Shown: one piece after another, positions 41,288 to 52,046 of the stretch
How positions within the stretch are numbered: position 1 is the first letter of the stretch
Layout of the letters: every line of letters begins with the position of its first letter
NCBI GenBank assembly: GCA_945829115.1
Contig: CALZTP010000001.1
Location: 18,316-82,315 of the forward strand
Origin: an uncultured bacterium
GTDB taxonomy: Bacteria > Bacteroidota > Bacteroidia > Bacteroidales > Bacteroidaceae
Reading direction: 5' to 3'
Length of the DNA: 64,000 nucleotides
Position numbers and translations under genes: made by a program
Notes under the pieces: model-generated
Databases searched by the model: none
What the model was told of the DNA's origin: nothing
Seen by the model: only the letters and a program-made list of their open reading frames with translations

Positions 41288-42739
41288 TTAACCTACAGTT
41301 CCTTCAAGTGAGACGCTGAGAAGCTTCTGAGCCTCTACGGCAAACTCCATTGGGAGCTTGTTGAGCACGTCCTTGGCATATCCGTTGACAATAAGTCCTA
41401 CCGCCTGCTCCATAGGAATGCCTCGTTGCTGGCAATAAAAAAGCTGATCTTCGCTGATTTTTGAGGTGGTTGCCTCATGCTCAAAGATGGCAGTTTCATT
41501 TCGGGCATCCATATAAGGAAAGGTATGCGCTCCACAGGAAGAGCCCAGGAGAAGGGAATCGCAAGAGGAATAGTTGCGGGCATTATCCGCATTTGAGGTG
41601 GCACGAACAAGTCCGCGGTATGAATTCTGCGAGTGACCAGCAGAGATTCCTTTTGAGATGATTGTTGACTTGGTGTTCTTGCCCATGTGTATCATCTTTG
41701 TTCCGGTATCAGCCTCTTGATAGTTGTTTGTAACGGCAACGGAATAGAATTCTGCAACAGAATTGTCGCCACGGAGTATGCAGGATGGATATTTCCACGT
41801 AATGGCGGAGCCTGTCTCTACCTGCGTCCATGAAAGCTTTGCACCTTCTCCACGAAGGTCTCCTCGCTTTGTTACAAGGTTCAAGACACCACCCTTGCCA
41901 TTCTCATCGCCAGGATACCAGTTCTGCACCGTTGAGTACTTCACCTCTGCTCTGTCGTTCACAATAATCTCAACAATGGCGGCATGCAACTGGTTCTCGT
42001 CGCGCATAGGTGCTGTACAGCCTTCAAGGTAAGAGACATACGCATCATCGTCGGCTACAATGAGAGTGCGCTCAAACTGACCCGTATTGGCGGCATTAAT
42101 GCGGAAATAGCTGGACAACTCCATTGGGCAACGCACTCCTTTGGGTATATACACAAATGAACCGTCACTGAACACTGCTGAGTTCAAAGCGGCATAGAAA
42201 TTGTCTCGATAAGGAACAACAGTGCCAAGGTATTTCCTCACAAGGTCTGGATGCTCCTGAACGGCTTCTCCCATAGACATAAAGATTATTCCTTTCTCCT
42301 TCAGCTTCTCCTTGAAGGTGGTCTTTACAGAGACTGAGTCCATAATGGCATCTACTGCAACACCACTCAAGGCAAGGCGTTCCTCAAGTGGAATGCCAAG
42401 CTTATCGAAAGTCTTCAGAAGTTCGGGGTCGACATCATCCAAAGACTTTGGGGAGTCCTTCTTCTTAGCCAATGGATCGGCATAATACGAAATAGACTGA
42501 TAGTCCACCTCGGGAACATGAAGATGACCCCAAGTGGGCTGCTTCATCGTCTGCCAATGGCGGAATGCCTTCAGACGGAACTCGAGCAACCATTCTGGCT
42601 CTCCTTTCTTCTCTGAAATAAGGCGCACGATATCTTCGTTCAGACCTTTCTGAATTATCTCTGTCTGTATGTCGGTTGTAAAGCCGTGCTCGTATTTCTG
42701 CTCTGCAACCTGACGCACGTATTGGTTCTTTTCTGACAT
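41288..42739 (-). CDS. sufB: Fe-S cluster assembly protein SufB
   Basis: [44 protein letters not shown]. Confidence 0.97.
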   Translation of the reverse strand: MSEKNQYVRQVAEQKYEHGFTTDIQTEIIQKGLNEDIVRLISEKKGEPEWLLEFRLKAFRHWQTMKQPTWGHLHVPEVDYQSISYYADPLAKKKDSPKSLDDVDPELLKTFDKLGIPLEERLALSGVAVDAIMDSVSVKTTFKEKLKEKGIIFMSMGEAVQEHPDLVRKYLGTVVPYRDNFYAALNSAVFSDGSFVYIPKGVRCPMELSSYFRINAANTGQFERTLIVADDDAYVSYLEGCTAPMRDENQLHAAIVEIIVNDRAEVKYSTVQNWYPGDENGKGGVLNLVTKRGDLRGEGAKLSWTQVETGSAITWKYPSCILRGDNSVAEFYSVAVTNNYQEADTGTKMIHMGKNTKSTIISKGISAGHSQNSYRGLVRATSNADNARNYSSCDSLLLGSSCGAHTFPYMDARNETAIFEHEATTSKISEDQLFYCQQRGIPMEQAVGLIVNGYAKDVLNKLPMEFAVEAQKLLSVSLEGTVG

Positions 42740-42979
42740 AGTTCTCTTACCTGCGGCATTCCCATTTCGTTCCTTTTGCAGGGAAATGCCTTGTGATTAT
42801 TTTTAATGCTTATATGCTGAGTGTGCAAAATTACTGTTTTTTCTTGAATTGACAAAGAAAACGGCAATTTTTCCACACCTTTTAATAAATAGTGACGAAA
42901 AAAACCGATTTCTCTTTGTTGAATGAAGAATTATTATTACTTTTGCAACAAATTCACTAAACTATCTAATTGTAAACAA

Positions 42980-44353
42980 ATGAACACAAAACAAAAACGT
43001 TTCTTTCTCCAAGAAGAAGAAATTCCGACACAATGGTACAATATCCAGGCTGATATGCCCACAAAGCCTCTACCGCCACTGAACCCTCAGACAAAAGAGC
43101 CAATGACTGCAGAAGACCTTTTCCCGGTATTCGCAAAAGAATGCAGCCGTCAGGAGTTCAACACCACTGACGCATGGATAGAAATCCCAGAAGAGGTAAG
43201 AGAGAAATACAAGAACTATCGCTCCACGCCACTCGTGCGTGCATACGACCTCGAAAAGGCTATCGGCACAAAATGCCATATCTATTTCAAGAACGAATCT
43301 GTTTCGCCTATCGGCTCTCACAAGATAAACTCTGCTCTTGCTCAAGCCTACTACTGCCGAGAGGAGGGCGTTACAAACGTTACAACAGAAACGGGTGCTG
43401 GTCAATGGGGTGCAGCTCTTTCCTATGCAGCAAAGGTGTTTGGTTTGGAGGCAGCTGTTTATCAAGTAAAAATATCCTACGAGCAGAAGCCGTACAGACG
43501 GTCTATCATGCGAACATACGGTGCTCAGGTGACTCCCTCGCCTTCTATGTCTACACGTGCAGGAAAAGATGTGCTAACCGCCGATCCTTTCAATAACGGC
43601 TCCCTTGGAACGGCTATCTCTGAGGCAGTGGAACTGGCGGTATCTACTCCAAACTGTAAGTATGTCCTTGGCTCTGTACTAAACCATGTCGCTCTACATC
43701 AGACGGTTATTGGTCTTGAAGCGGAGAAGCAGATGGAGATGGCTGGTGAATATCCTGATGTGGTGATAGGATGCTTCGGAGGTGGCTCTAACTTCGGTGG
43801 CCTTGCATTCCCTTTCATGCGGCATACTCTCTGCGAGGGCAAGAAGACTCGCTACATTGCTGCTGAGCCAGCATCATGCCCAAAGCTGACAAGAGGAAAG
43901 TTCCAGTACGACTTCGGTGATCTCGCTGGTCTCACTCCTATGCTTCCAATGTACACCTTAGGTCATAACTTCATGCCGTCAAACATTCATGCTGGCGGAC
44001 TACGTTATCACGGTGCGGGAATGATTATCTCGCAACTGATGAGAGACGGATACATGGAGGCGGTAGATATCCAGGAAACGGAGACTTTCCGCGCTGGTAT
44101 GCTCTTTGCAAAGGCAGAGGGCATCATTCCAGCCCCTGAGTCTTGCCATGCCATAGCTGCCGCTATCAACGAGGCGAAAGCAGCAGATGAGCGGGGTGAG
44201 GAGAAGGTTATACTCTTCTGTCTTTCTGGTCACGGACTTATTGACATGACTGCCTACGACCAGTACCTCTCTGGCTCTCTACACGACTATGAGGTTCCTC
44301 AGGAGGAAATAGACCGAAACATTGCAGAACTCGAGGAAATTATAAAAGAATAA
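42980..44353 (+). CDS. trpB2: TrpB2-type PLP enzyme (TrpB-like tryptophan synthase beta)
   Basis: GSHKINSA (PLP lysine), TETGAGQWG, GGGSNF, GGLRYHG, APES; ATG at 42980. Confidence 0.92.
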   Translation: MNTKQKRFFLQEEEIPTQWYNIQADMPTKPLPPLNPQTKEPMTAEDLFPVFAKECSRQEFNTTDAWIEIPEEVREKYKNYRSTPLVRAYDLEKAIGTKCHIYFKNESVSPIGSHKINSALAQAYYCREEGVTNVTTETGAGQWGAALSYAAKVFGLEAAVYQVKISYEQKPYRRSIMRTYGAQVTPSPSMSTRAGKDVLTADPFNNGSLGTAISEAVELAVSTPNCKYVLGSVLNHVALHQTVIGLEAEKQMEMAGEYPDVVIGCFGGGSNFGGLAFPFMRHTLCEGKKTRYIAAEPASCPKLTRGKFQYDFGDLAGLTPMLPMYTLGHNFMPSNIHAGGLRYHGAGMIISQLMRDGYMEAVDIQETETFRAGMLFAKAEGIIPAPESCHAIAAAINEAKAADERGEEKVILFCLSGHGLIDMTAYDQYLSGSLHDYEVPQEEIDRNIAELEEIIKE

Positions 44354-44388
44354 ACATTCCTATCTGAATTTAGAATTGAATTTTGCGT

Positions 44389-46113
44389 ATGTTTAGAAAA
44401 ACAGTTCTTTTACTGCTTCTTTCTCTTTCATTGTCGGCTTCTGCTGACGAGTTCACACTTGGGGCTGACATCGGATGGTGTACGGAATATGAAAGCAAAG
44501 GCTATAAACTCTTCAATTACAACGGGGAAGAGCGAGAAGCTACAGCCCTAATGAAGGAGATGGGAATGAATGCAGTTCGTCTCCGCGTATGGGTTGACCC
44601 AAAGGCACATGGGAACTGGTGTAATGCTGCCGATGTGCTCACAAAAGCATTGCGTGCAAAGGCTCTTGGTATGGACGTGATGATTGACTTCCACTATAGC
44701 GACTGGTGGGCGGACCCTGCAAAGCAGAACATTCCAGCTGCATGGGAGAAAATGTCGTTTAAGAAGATGTGTAAGGCATTGGCGGCTCACACCATTGAGG
44801 TTCTCTCGCTTTTGAAAGAGAATGGCATTAATGTCAAATGGGTGCAGGTGGGCAATGAAACAAGAAATGGCATGCTTTGGTCGGTGGAAATGGATCCTAT
44901 CACTGGTTGGGAGAAAAAAGACGAGAAAGGAAACACCATCCTCACTCACTCCATGGGACATATAGACCATCACCCGAAACAGTATGCGGGATTTATTACT
45001 GCTGGCTATGACGCCGTGAAGAGTGTCTACCCAAATGCTATTGTTATTGTGCATCTTGACAACGGGTTTGACAATGCTATGTTCAACTACAACCTCGACA
45101 TCGTAAAAGAGAACGGTGGAAAATGGGACATGATAGGAATGTCTCTATACCCTTATTGGGCAATAGAGGCAGGAAGGGAACCGAACGCCAAAACCACCAT
45201 CGTTGACTGCATGAAGAACATCCGCCTTGTTTCAAAGAAATACAATTGTGATGTGATGATTACAGAGACTGGCTTTGAGGTTGACGAGAAAAGACCGTAT
45301 GTTATGCAGGAAGGGCGTGAATAGCTTGCAGAAATTATCACAAGGGCAAAGAACGAGACTGGGGGGCGCTGCAAGGGTGTTTTCTACTGGGAACCTACTT
45401 GTCACCCATCACAATATAAACTCGGAGCATTCACCGAAGATGGGCATCCAACAGAAATTCTTCGTGCTCTGAAGGATGTCAATCCAAACAATGCCAATAT
45501 CCCTTACGACCGTAAAAGGCTTATCATCCACACTAACCTTGGAGATATCACTGTGGAACTCTATAACGAAACTCCAGGACATCGAGACAACTTCATACGT
45601 CTGGCAGAGACAAAAGTCTTGAACGGTTCTCTATTCCATAGGGTAATTGCTAATTTCATGATTCAGGGTGGAGACCCTACAACAGCATCTGCTCCTCCTA
45701 CTTCGAAAGAGAAACCATCAGAACTCATTGGTGATGTTGACGCACTTACTCCAGAAGGTAAGAACACCATTCCTGCTGAAATACACTATCCACAGTTCTT
45801 CCATAAAAGGGGAGCACTAGCAGCAGCAAGAGCGCTTGACGAGGAAAACCCAAAATTCGACAGCTCTTCCTCACAGTTCTATATTGTCTGGGGACAATGG
45901 CCTTCTAAGGAGGGGCGTGCTCCTTACGTTCCTATGCTCGACTATTACAAGGATTTCCAGCAGCCAGGAACACCTTGGCTCGATGGTGGCTACACTGTCT
46001 TCGGGCAAGTTACTAATGGTCTTGACGTTGTGGAAAAGATTCAAGGAACAGAGACAGACTCTAACAACCGCCCCATCTCTGACATTAAAATACTCTCTAT
46101 TGAAAAAGAATAA
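44389..46113 (+). pseudogene. GH53 endo-beta-1,4-galactanase fused to a cyclophilin PPIase, interrupted by one in-frame TAG (45322-45324)
   Basis: Signal peptide; GH53 motifs VRLRVWV, DFHYSDWWADP, QVGNE, ITETG before the stop; GVFYWEP after it; the same frame continues into the cyclophilin (FHRVIANFMIQGGD, GALAAAR, SQFYIV, LDGGYTVFGQV). May be a readthrough CDS rather than a pseudogene. Confidence 0.8.
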
Positions 46114-46138
46114 AGCCGGGAAACACCCCGGCTTTTTT
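46112..46138. terminator. Intrinsic terminator, probably bidirectional
   Basis: AAAGCCGGG-AAACAC-CCCGGCTTTTTT. Confidence 0.8.
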
Positions 46139-46263
46139 CAACTTACTTTTCCTCTATAGTTTCCTCCTCACAGTTATCCATTTTCTTGCAAACTCACACT
46201 AATGGGCAGCAATACCGTTATTAACTCAGGCATCTAATACCAAGAGCTACTTATCTTCACCCC

Positions 46264-47775
46264 TTAGAATGGGAAGATTATCGGTGTAATAAACAAGTTT
46301 GCTGCAAGAATAATGAGGTTCATTATCAGTCCCACCCTTGCAAAGTCTGTAAATCGGTATCCGCCTGGTATATATACAAGCATATGTGTTGGAGAGCCGA
46401 TAGGTGTTGCAAAGCTTGAACTCACGCTAATCATCAGCGCCACAGCGAAAGTAAGAGGATTTACTCCAAGGCTCTCTGCGGCACTTATAGCAATCGGGTA
46501 GAACATTGCTCCACATGCAGTGTTAGAAATAAACTCCGTCATAAACGTTCCCACGAAACATATAACCGCCAGCACAATATATGGATTTGTGCCACAGACA
46601 TCCAGCATGCCAGCTGCTATCATCTCAGAAAGGCCAGTCTTTTGAATTGCCGTTCCAAGTGCCACACTGCACGCAAAGATAATCACGATATCCAGTTCTA
46701 TAGACTTGTATGCCTGCTCTGTGGTGCAACAACGAAATGCTATCATCAGTCCAGCAGAAACAAGGGCTGCCTGAAAGAGTGGCATTATCTCAAAGGCAGA
46801 AAGCATCACCATCGTAATCATAAAAAGACTGGCAAGAACAGTCTTCTTACCTTGCTCCGGAGAAATCTCCATATCTGATATGGAGGGCTGAAGACCTCTT
46901 TTCTTCGCCAACTGAAGAACCTCTGAACGCTCACCACCGAAAACAATTGTATCATTTCCTAACAAGAAATCATCATTGGTGATATTTGTGCGCAACTCCC
47001 CATCAAAACTGATAATGCCAAGAATAGGAAGCTTCGTATCAAGGTCTCCAACCGTCTGACCAACAAGGTAACTCTTTGAAGGAACCTTCAACTCAACAGA
47101 AACGCCTTGAACATTCATCTTCTCTTCTGGTGATACACGCACGGGAAGAAGTTTCTGCATAGCAATCATTGAAAGCACTCCAACCATAAGGCAGAAGAGT
47201 CCAACGCCCAAGGTTGTGAAAATGCCAAGATGCTCATCAGGAAAACTCTCCATATACATTCCTGAAATAAGAAGGTTAGGAGGAGTGCCAATAAGTGTAC
47301 ATATTCCTCCCAAGCCAGAGGCATAACTCAAAGGAATAAGGAGTTTTGAAGGTGCTATTCCGAGCTTCTTACTCCAATCTTTCACAATTCCAATGAACAA
47401 CGCAACAACGGTCGTATTACTGAGAAACGCACTCAGTCCTGCAACAGGAACCATCACCCTGAGAATTGCTCCTGTGAGGCTCTTCGGCATTCCCATAAGG
47501 TTCTTCACAATCCATTGCGTAACACCTGTGTATGTCATGCCGGCTATAATAATAAATAGCACAGCAACCACAAGAACACTCGTACTCGAAAAACCGGCAT
47601 AAGCCTCCTGAGGCGTCAGCACACCAGTAAGTATCAATAATGCCGTCGTACCCGAAAAGGCTGCCCACGACTGTACCTTAGTGAAAATAAGTGTAAGAAA
47701 CATACCCAAAATGAGTAGCAATGACACCCATGCTTCACCACTCATTCCAAGCATCATAAAACTGTCTAAATTCAT
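46264..47775 (-). CDS. SLC13/DASS-family permease with a TrkA-C (RCK_C) domain
   Basis: SAFLSNT, TLIGTPPNL, TEFISNTA, FATPIGSPTHMLVY. Confidence 0.88.
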   Translation of the reverse strand: MNLDSFMMLGMSGEAWVSLLLILGMFLTLIFTKVQSWAAFSGTTALLILTGVLTPQEAYAGFSSTSVLVVAVLFIIIAGMTYTGVTQWIVKNLMGMPKSLTGAILRVMVPVAGLSAFLSNTTVVALFIGIVKDWSKKLGIAPSKLLIPLSYASGLGGICTLIGTPPNLLISGMYMESFPDEHLGIFTTLGVGLFCLMVGVLSMIAMQKLLPVRVSPEEKMNVQGVSVELKVPSKSYLVGQTVGDLDTKLPILGIISFDGELRTNITNDDFLLGNDTIVFGGERSEVLQLAKKRGLQPSISDMEISPEQGKKTVLASLFMITMVMLSAFEIMPLFQAALVSAGLMIAFRCCTTEQAYKSIELDIVIIFACSVALGTAIQKTGLSEMIAAGMLDVCGTNPYIVLAVICFVGTFMTEFISNTACGAMFYPIAISAAESLGVNPLTFAVALMISVSSSFATPIGSPTHMLVYIPGGYRFTDFARVGLIMNLIILAANLFITPIIFPF

Positions 47776-48113
47776 TTTTTCTTTTTTATTTCTTGTTGAA
47801 TATCAATACATGTTACAAAAGTAATACTTTTTCGCTTTTCCTACAAATTATTTCCTTATTTATTGCAAAATAGTATTGTCAAAAAGGCAAAAAACAAGAA
47901 ATTTGCACCTTTAGTGATACTTTTTTAGCAAAACATGATTGTTTTTCTGTGATTTTTATTAATTTTGCAGACATAAGGAATTACTAATAAGCAATAAGAA
48001 ATATATAACTAAAATCTCAAAAGCTGTTGATTGCTCTTGCATAAACAACTTATATATAAATAGGTGTGATAATTGCATGTAGTAAAACGGCAGAAAATCT
48101 ATTACGACAAACT

Positions 48114-48989
48114 ATGAACGATGTGATTTCCGAAATAACCCGACTTACTGAGAAGGACTGCTACCATCTCGTGGAACGGCATAAGAAACAACATACATAT
48201 CCTCTCCATAAACATAAGGAGATGGAGATAAACTTCGTGGAGAACTGTCAAGGCAACAAGAGAATCATTGGAGACAATATTGAGATTCTTGGAAACTACG
48301 ACCTCGTGCTTATGGGAGGAAATCTGGAGCATACCTGGGAACAATATCAATGTAACTCAGGAGACATTAGAGAAATAACAATTCATTTCTCTAAAAGCCT
48401 ATTCGCCCCAGAACTACTTGAGAAAACACATATGCAGCCGCTCGCCGACCTTATGAAAAGGGCGGAGTTGGGAATTGCCTTTGGAATGAAAGCAATCATG
48501 CATGTCTACGACCGTATCAACGAACTGGTTGATATGGAGCCGGGATTCTATAGCGTAATGAAGTTCATGGAACTTATGTATGAGCTCTCACAGACAGACG
48601 ACTATCATCTCCTCGCTACAAGCGCATTCTCACACACCGTAGTAACAACAGATAGTAGAAGGGTGCAAAAGGTTAAGGAATTCATAGACAAAAACTACCG
48701 AGATGAGATTCGCCTTCAAGAACTGGCAGACCTCGCCTCAATGACGCCTACTGCCTTTAGCCGATTCTTTAAGCTTAGAACGGGGAAAAGCATCTCTGAA
48801 TATATCATTGACGTTCGACTGGGTCATGCCGCTCGTATGCTTGCCGATAGCACTATGGCTGTGGTGGAGATTTGCTACCGCTGTGGCTTCAACAATATCT
48901 CTAACTTCAACCGTATCTTCAAAAAACGACGAGGATGCACTCCTACTGAGTTCCGCGAGAACTATCACAAAAAGCACGTGATCGTATGA
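48114..48989 (+). CDS. AraC-family regulator with a cupin effector domain
   Basis: PLHKHKEMEINF cupin; C-terminal double HTH (AFSRFFK, CGFNNISNFNRIFKK); ATG at 48114. Confidence 0.93.
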   Translation: MNDVISEITRLTEKDCYHLVERHKKQHTYPLHKHKEMEINFVENCQGNKRIIGDNIEILGNYDLVLMGGNLEHTWEQYQCNSGDIREITIHFSKSLFAPELLEKTHMQPLADLMKRAELGIAFGMKAIMHVYDRINELVDMEPGFYSVMKFMELMYELSQTDDYHLLATSAFSHTVVTTDSRRVQKVKEFIDKNYRDEIRLQELADLASMTPTAFSRFFKLRTGKSISEYIIDVRLGHAARMLADSTMAVVEICYRCGFNNISNFNRIFKKRRGCTPTEFRENYHKKHVIV

Positions 48990-49050
48990 TAATAAACACA
49001 TAACCAGACAACAAAAGAGCACATAATCGGCAAAAACATAATCTCGACAA

Positions 49051-49100
49051 AGACTCCTTGGAATTCCTGACTTACAGAACTCTAAGGAGTCTTCTTTTTC
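49051..49100 (+). terminator. Intrinsic terminator after the AraC gene
   Basis: AGACTCCTTGGAATTC/GAACTCTAAGGAGTCT followed by a T-rich tract. Confidence 0.7.
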
Positions 49101-49238
49101 TTTCTCTTCTTAATAGATATTCCTATTTCATCTCTACAGTTTTTTTAAAATTAGTTTTTTTGAGATATACTTTTTTACCCCATTCCTATACTTTGTTATC
49201 CAAGCATCATGGTAATTTTATGTCTACGACAAAAGGCT

Positions 49239-49303
49239 GGTAACAAAATATTACAATATGGTAAGAAAATACAATCCACATATGTAGAAATAATATAACT
49301 TTG
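49239..49303 (+). promoter_or_regulatory. GH94 promoter with 21-bp-spaced direct repeats (putative AraC operator)
   Basis: GGTAACAAAATA at 49239 and GGTAAGAAAATA at 49260; -7 TAACTTTG at 49296-49303. Confidence 0.55.
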
Positions 49304-49396
49304 CATCAAACTAAAATCAAAGTATGTGCAAATAGTCATTCTTCACCTAATAAAAAATAAAAAACAAAAAATCATAAAATATTCATATCACTAACA

Positions 49397-51892
49397 ATGG
49401 AAAAAAACTCTTTTGGATACTTCGACGACTACGCTCGGGAGTATGTCATTACAAACCCTGCAACTCCATTCCCTTGGATTAACTACCTCGGAAATGAAGA
49501 TTTCTTCGGACTAATAAGTAATACTGGTGGAGGATATAACTTCTACAAGGACGCAAAGTTCCGCCGTATCACACGATATAGGTACAATGGCGTGCCTATG
49601 GACAATGGAGGTCGCTATTTCTACATAAACGACAACGGAACTGTCTGGAATCCAGGCTGGAAACCTTGCAAGACCCCTCTCGACTACTATGAGTGTCGAC
49701 ATGGCATGAACTACACTCGCATTCTCGGATGCAAGAACGGTATTGAGGCTACTGCTCTCTTCTTTGTACCTCTGAAGACCTGGGCAGAGGTGCAGAAGCT
49801 TACTCTCCACAACACAACCGCAGAAGAGAAGAAAATAAAACTGTTCTCATTCGCTGAATGGTGTCTTTGGAATGCCGCTACTGACATGGAGAACTTCCAG
49901 CGCAACTGGTCTACAGGTGAGGTGGAGATTGACGGTGCCACCATCTATCACAAAACAGAATACAAGGAGCGCAGAAACCACTATGCCTACTACACCGTAA
50001 CAAATGCAGAGATTGACGGCTTTGACACCGACCGTGAATCGTTCATCGGACTCTACAACGAATTTGCTGACCCTCAGTGTGTACTGGCAGGAAAGGCAAG
50101 TAATTCTGTCGCTCATGGCTGGAGTCCTATTGCTTCTCATTATTTCGACATCACTCTGAAACCTGGAGAAAGTCGAGACTTTATCTTCCTTCTCGGATAT
50201 GTGGAAAACGAACAGGAGGAGAAATTCTCTAAAGAAGATATAGAAAGAAAAAAGAATGGAAGCCTACTCTCTTCACAAGACTCTGACGTCACACTCGTGA
50301 ACAAGGCGAGGGCACAGGAGACAATAGCTCGATTCTCTACCGTAGAGGCGGTAGACGAGGCTTTTGAAGAACTACACGAAATGTGGGATAATCTCCTCGA
50401 TAAATATGTCCTCAAGTCAGAAGACGAGCGTCTGGACCGTATGGTAAACATCTGGAATCAGTATCAGTGTATGATCACCTTCAACTTCTCACGATCTGCA
50501 TCATTCTTCGAAAGCGGTGTAGGAAGAGGAATGGGATTCCGCGACTCCAATCAAGACCTTGTGGGATTTGTTCATCAGGTGCCAAGTAGAGCAAGGCAAC
50601 GCATTATTGATATTGCCTCCACACAGTTCCCTGATGGTGGGTGCTACCATCAGTACCAGCCGCTGACAAAACGTGGCAACAACGATATCGGTGGCGGGTT
50701 CAACGACGACCCTATGTGGCTCATCTTCGGAACTGTTGCTTACATAAAAGAAACGGGAGACTTCTCTATTCTTGACGAAATGGTTCCTTGGGACAACGAA
50801 CCAGGAACAGAGGTCACACTCATGGAGCACCTTCGCATTTCTTTCAACCATGTCGTAGAAAACCTTGGTCCTCACGCTCTCCCTCTCATTGGGCGTGCCG
50901 ACTGGAACGACTGTCTGAATCTCAACTGCTTCTCTTGGGATCCAAATGAGTCTTTCCAGACAACAGAAAACAATTCAGAGGGTTCTAAGGCTGAATCGTT
51001 GATGATTGCAGGTCTTTTCGTGTTCAGCGGAAAGCAGTACGTGGAGCTTTGCCAACAGTTAGAAGGCTTCAAAGACGAAGCTCTCCGTGCTCAGAAATGC
51101 ATCGACAATATGATTGAGGCTGTTAAGAAGCACGGCTGGGACGGTGAGTGGTATCTCCGCGCCTATGACTTCTATGGCAACAAGATTGGCTCAAATGAAA
51201 ACGAGGAGGGAAAAATCTTTATCGAGTCACAGGGTTTCTGCACAATGGCTGGTATAGGCATAGAGGAAGGAATGGTTGACAAGGCTCTCGACTCCTGTAA
51301 GAAATATCTCGACTGTGAACATGGTATGGTGCTGAACAACCCTGCCTACACAACATACCATGTTGAGATGGGAGAAATCTCTTCCTACCCTGCTGGATAT
51401 AAGGAGAACGCAGGTATCTTCTGTCACAACAACCCTTGGGTTATCATTGGAGAAACAGTTGCAGGAAGAGGAAACGATGCTTGGGAGCACTATACAAAAA
51501 TCTGCCCTGCATGGATAAAAGACCAGCGACTCCACAAGGTAGAGCCATACGTATATTGCCAGATGGTGGCTGGAAAAGATGCTGCAAAACCTGGAGAGGG
51601 CAAGAACTCTTGGCTCACGGGAACAGCTGCTTGGAACTGGTATACCATCACACAATTTATTCTCGGCATCAAACCAACATACGATGGTATTGAAATAGAC
51701 CCTTGTCTGCCATCTTCAATGAAGAGATATAGTGTAAAGCGAGTAATCCGTGATGCTGTCTTCAATATCTCAGTAACAAACCCAGAAGGAAAGCAAAAGG
51801 GCGTTACATCTATAACCGTTGACGGAAAGCCTATTCAAGGAAACGTCATAAAGGCTACTCCAGGAGAGCACAACGTAGAGGTTATAATGTAA
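49397..51892 (+). CDS. GH94 phosphorylase, most likely cellobiose phosphorylase
   Basis: [44 protein letters not shown] (catalytic Asp), [18 protein letters not shown]; no signal peptide. Confidence 0.92.
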   Translation: MEKNSFGYFDDYAREYVITNPATPFPWINYLGNEDFFGLISNTGGGYNFYKDAKFRRITRYRYNGVPMDNGGRYFYINDNGTVWNPGWKPCKTPLDYYECRHGMNYTRILGCKNGIEATALFFVPLKTWAEVQKLTLHNTTAEEKKIKLFSFAEWCLWNAATDMENFQRNWSTGEVEIDGATIYHKTEYKERRNHYAYYTVTNAEIDGFDTDRESFIGLYNEFADPQCVLAGKASNSVAHGWSPIASHYFDITLKPGESRDFIFLLGYVENEQEEKFSKEDIERKKNGSLLSSQDSDVTLVNKARAQETIARFSTVEAVDEAFEELHEMWDNLLDKYVLKSEDERLDRMVNIWNQYQCMITFNFSRSASFFESGVGRGMGFRDSNQDLVGFVHQVPSRARQRIIDIASTQFPDGGCYHQYQPLTKRGNNDIGGGFNDDPMWLIFGTVAYIKETGDFSILDEMVPWDNEPGTEVTLMEHLRISFNHVVENLGPHALPLIGRADWNDCLNLNCFSWDPNESFQTTENNSEGSKAESLMIAGLFVFSGKQYVELCQQLEGFKDEALRAQKCIDNMIEAVKKHGWDGEWYLRAYDFYGNKIGSNENEEGKIFIESQGFCTMAGIGIEEGMVDKALDSCKKYLDCEHGMVLNNPAYTTYHVEMGEISSYPAGYKENAGIFCHNNPWVIIGETVAGRGNDAWEHYTKICPAWIKDQRLHKVEPYVYCQMVAGKDAAKPGEGKNSWLTGTAAWNWYTITQFILGIKPTYDGIEIDPCLPSSMKRYSVKRVIRDAVFNISVTNPEGKQKGVTSITVDGKPIQGNVIKATPGEHNVEVIM

Positions 51893-51906
51893 AAAAAAGA
51901 CAGAGT

Positions 51907-51937
51907 GCCGGCACTCCTTCTAAGTGCCGGTGTTTTG
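51907..51937 (+). terminator. Hairpin after GH94
   Basis: CCGGCACT/AGTGCCGG stem followed by TGTTTTG. Confidence 0.6.
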
Positions 51938-52046
51938 CTAATTCTCCAGCTTTACAACTTCCCTCCGTTTTACAGCCTCCATGGGTTGCTATGCCGTCAA
52001 TAATCTGGGCATCTAATGGAGTCCCCTTTCAAAAAAACTAAATTCA

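Noticed and set aside
45553-46113. Independent cyclophilin gene starting at GTG 45553
   Set aside because: It would lack the first beta-strand of the fold, and the upstream in-frame sequence is continuous with the GH53 C-terminus
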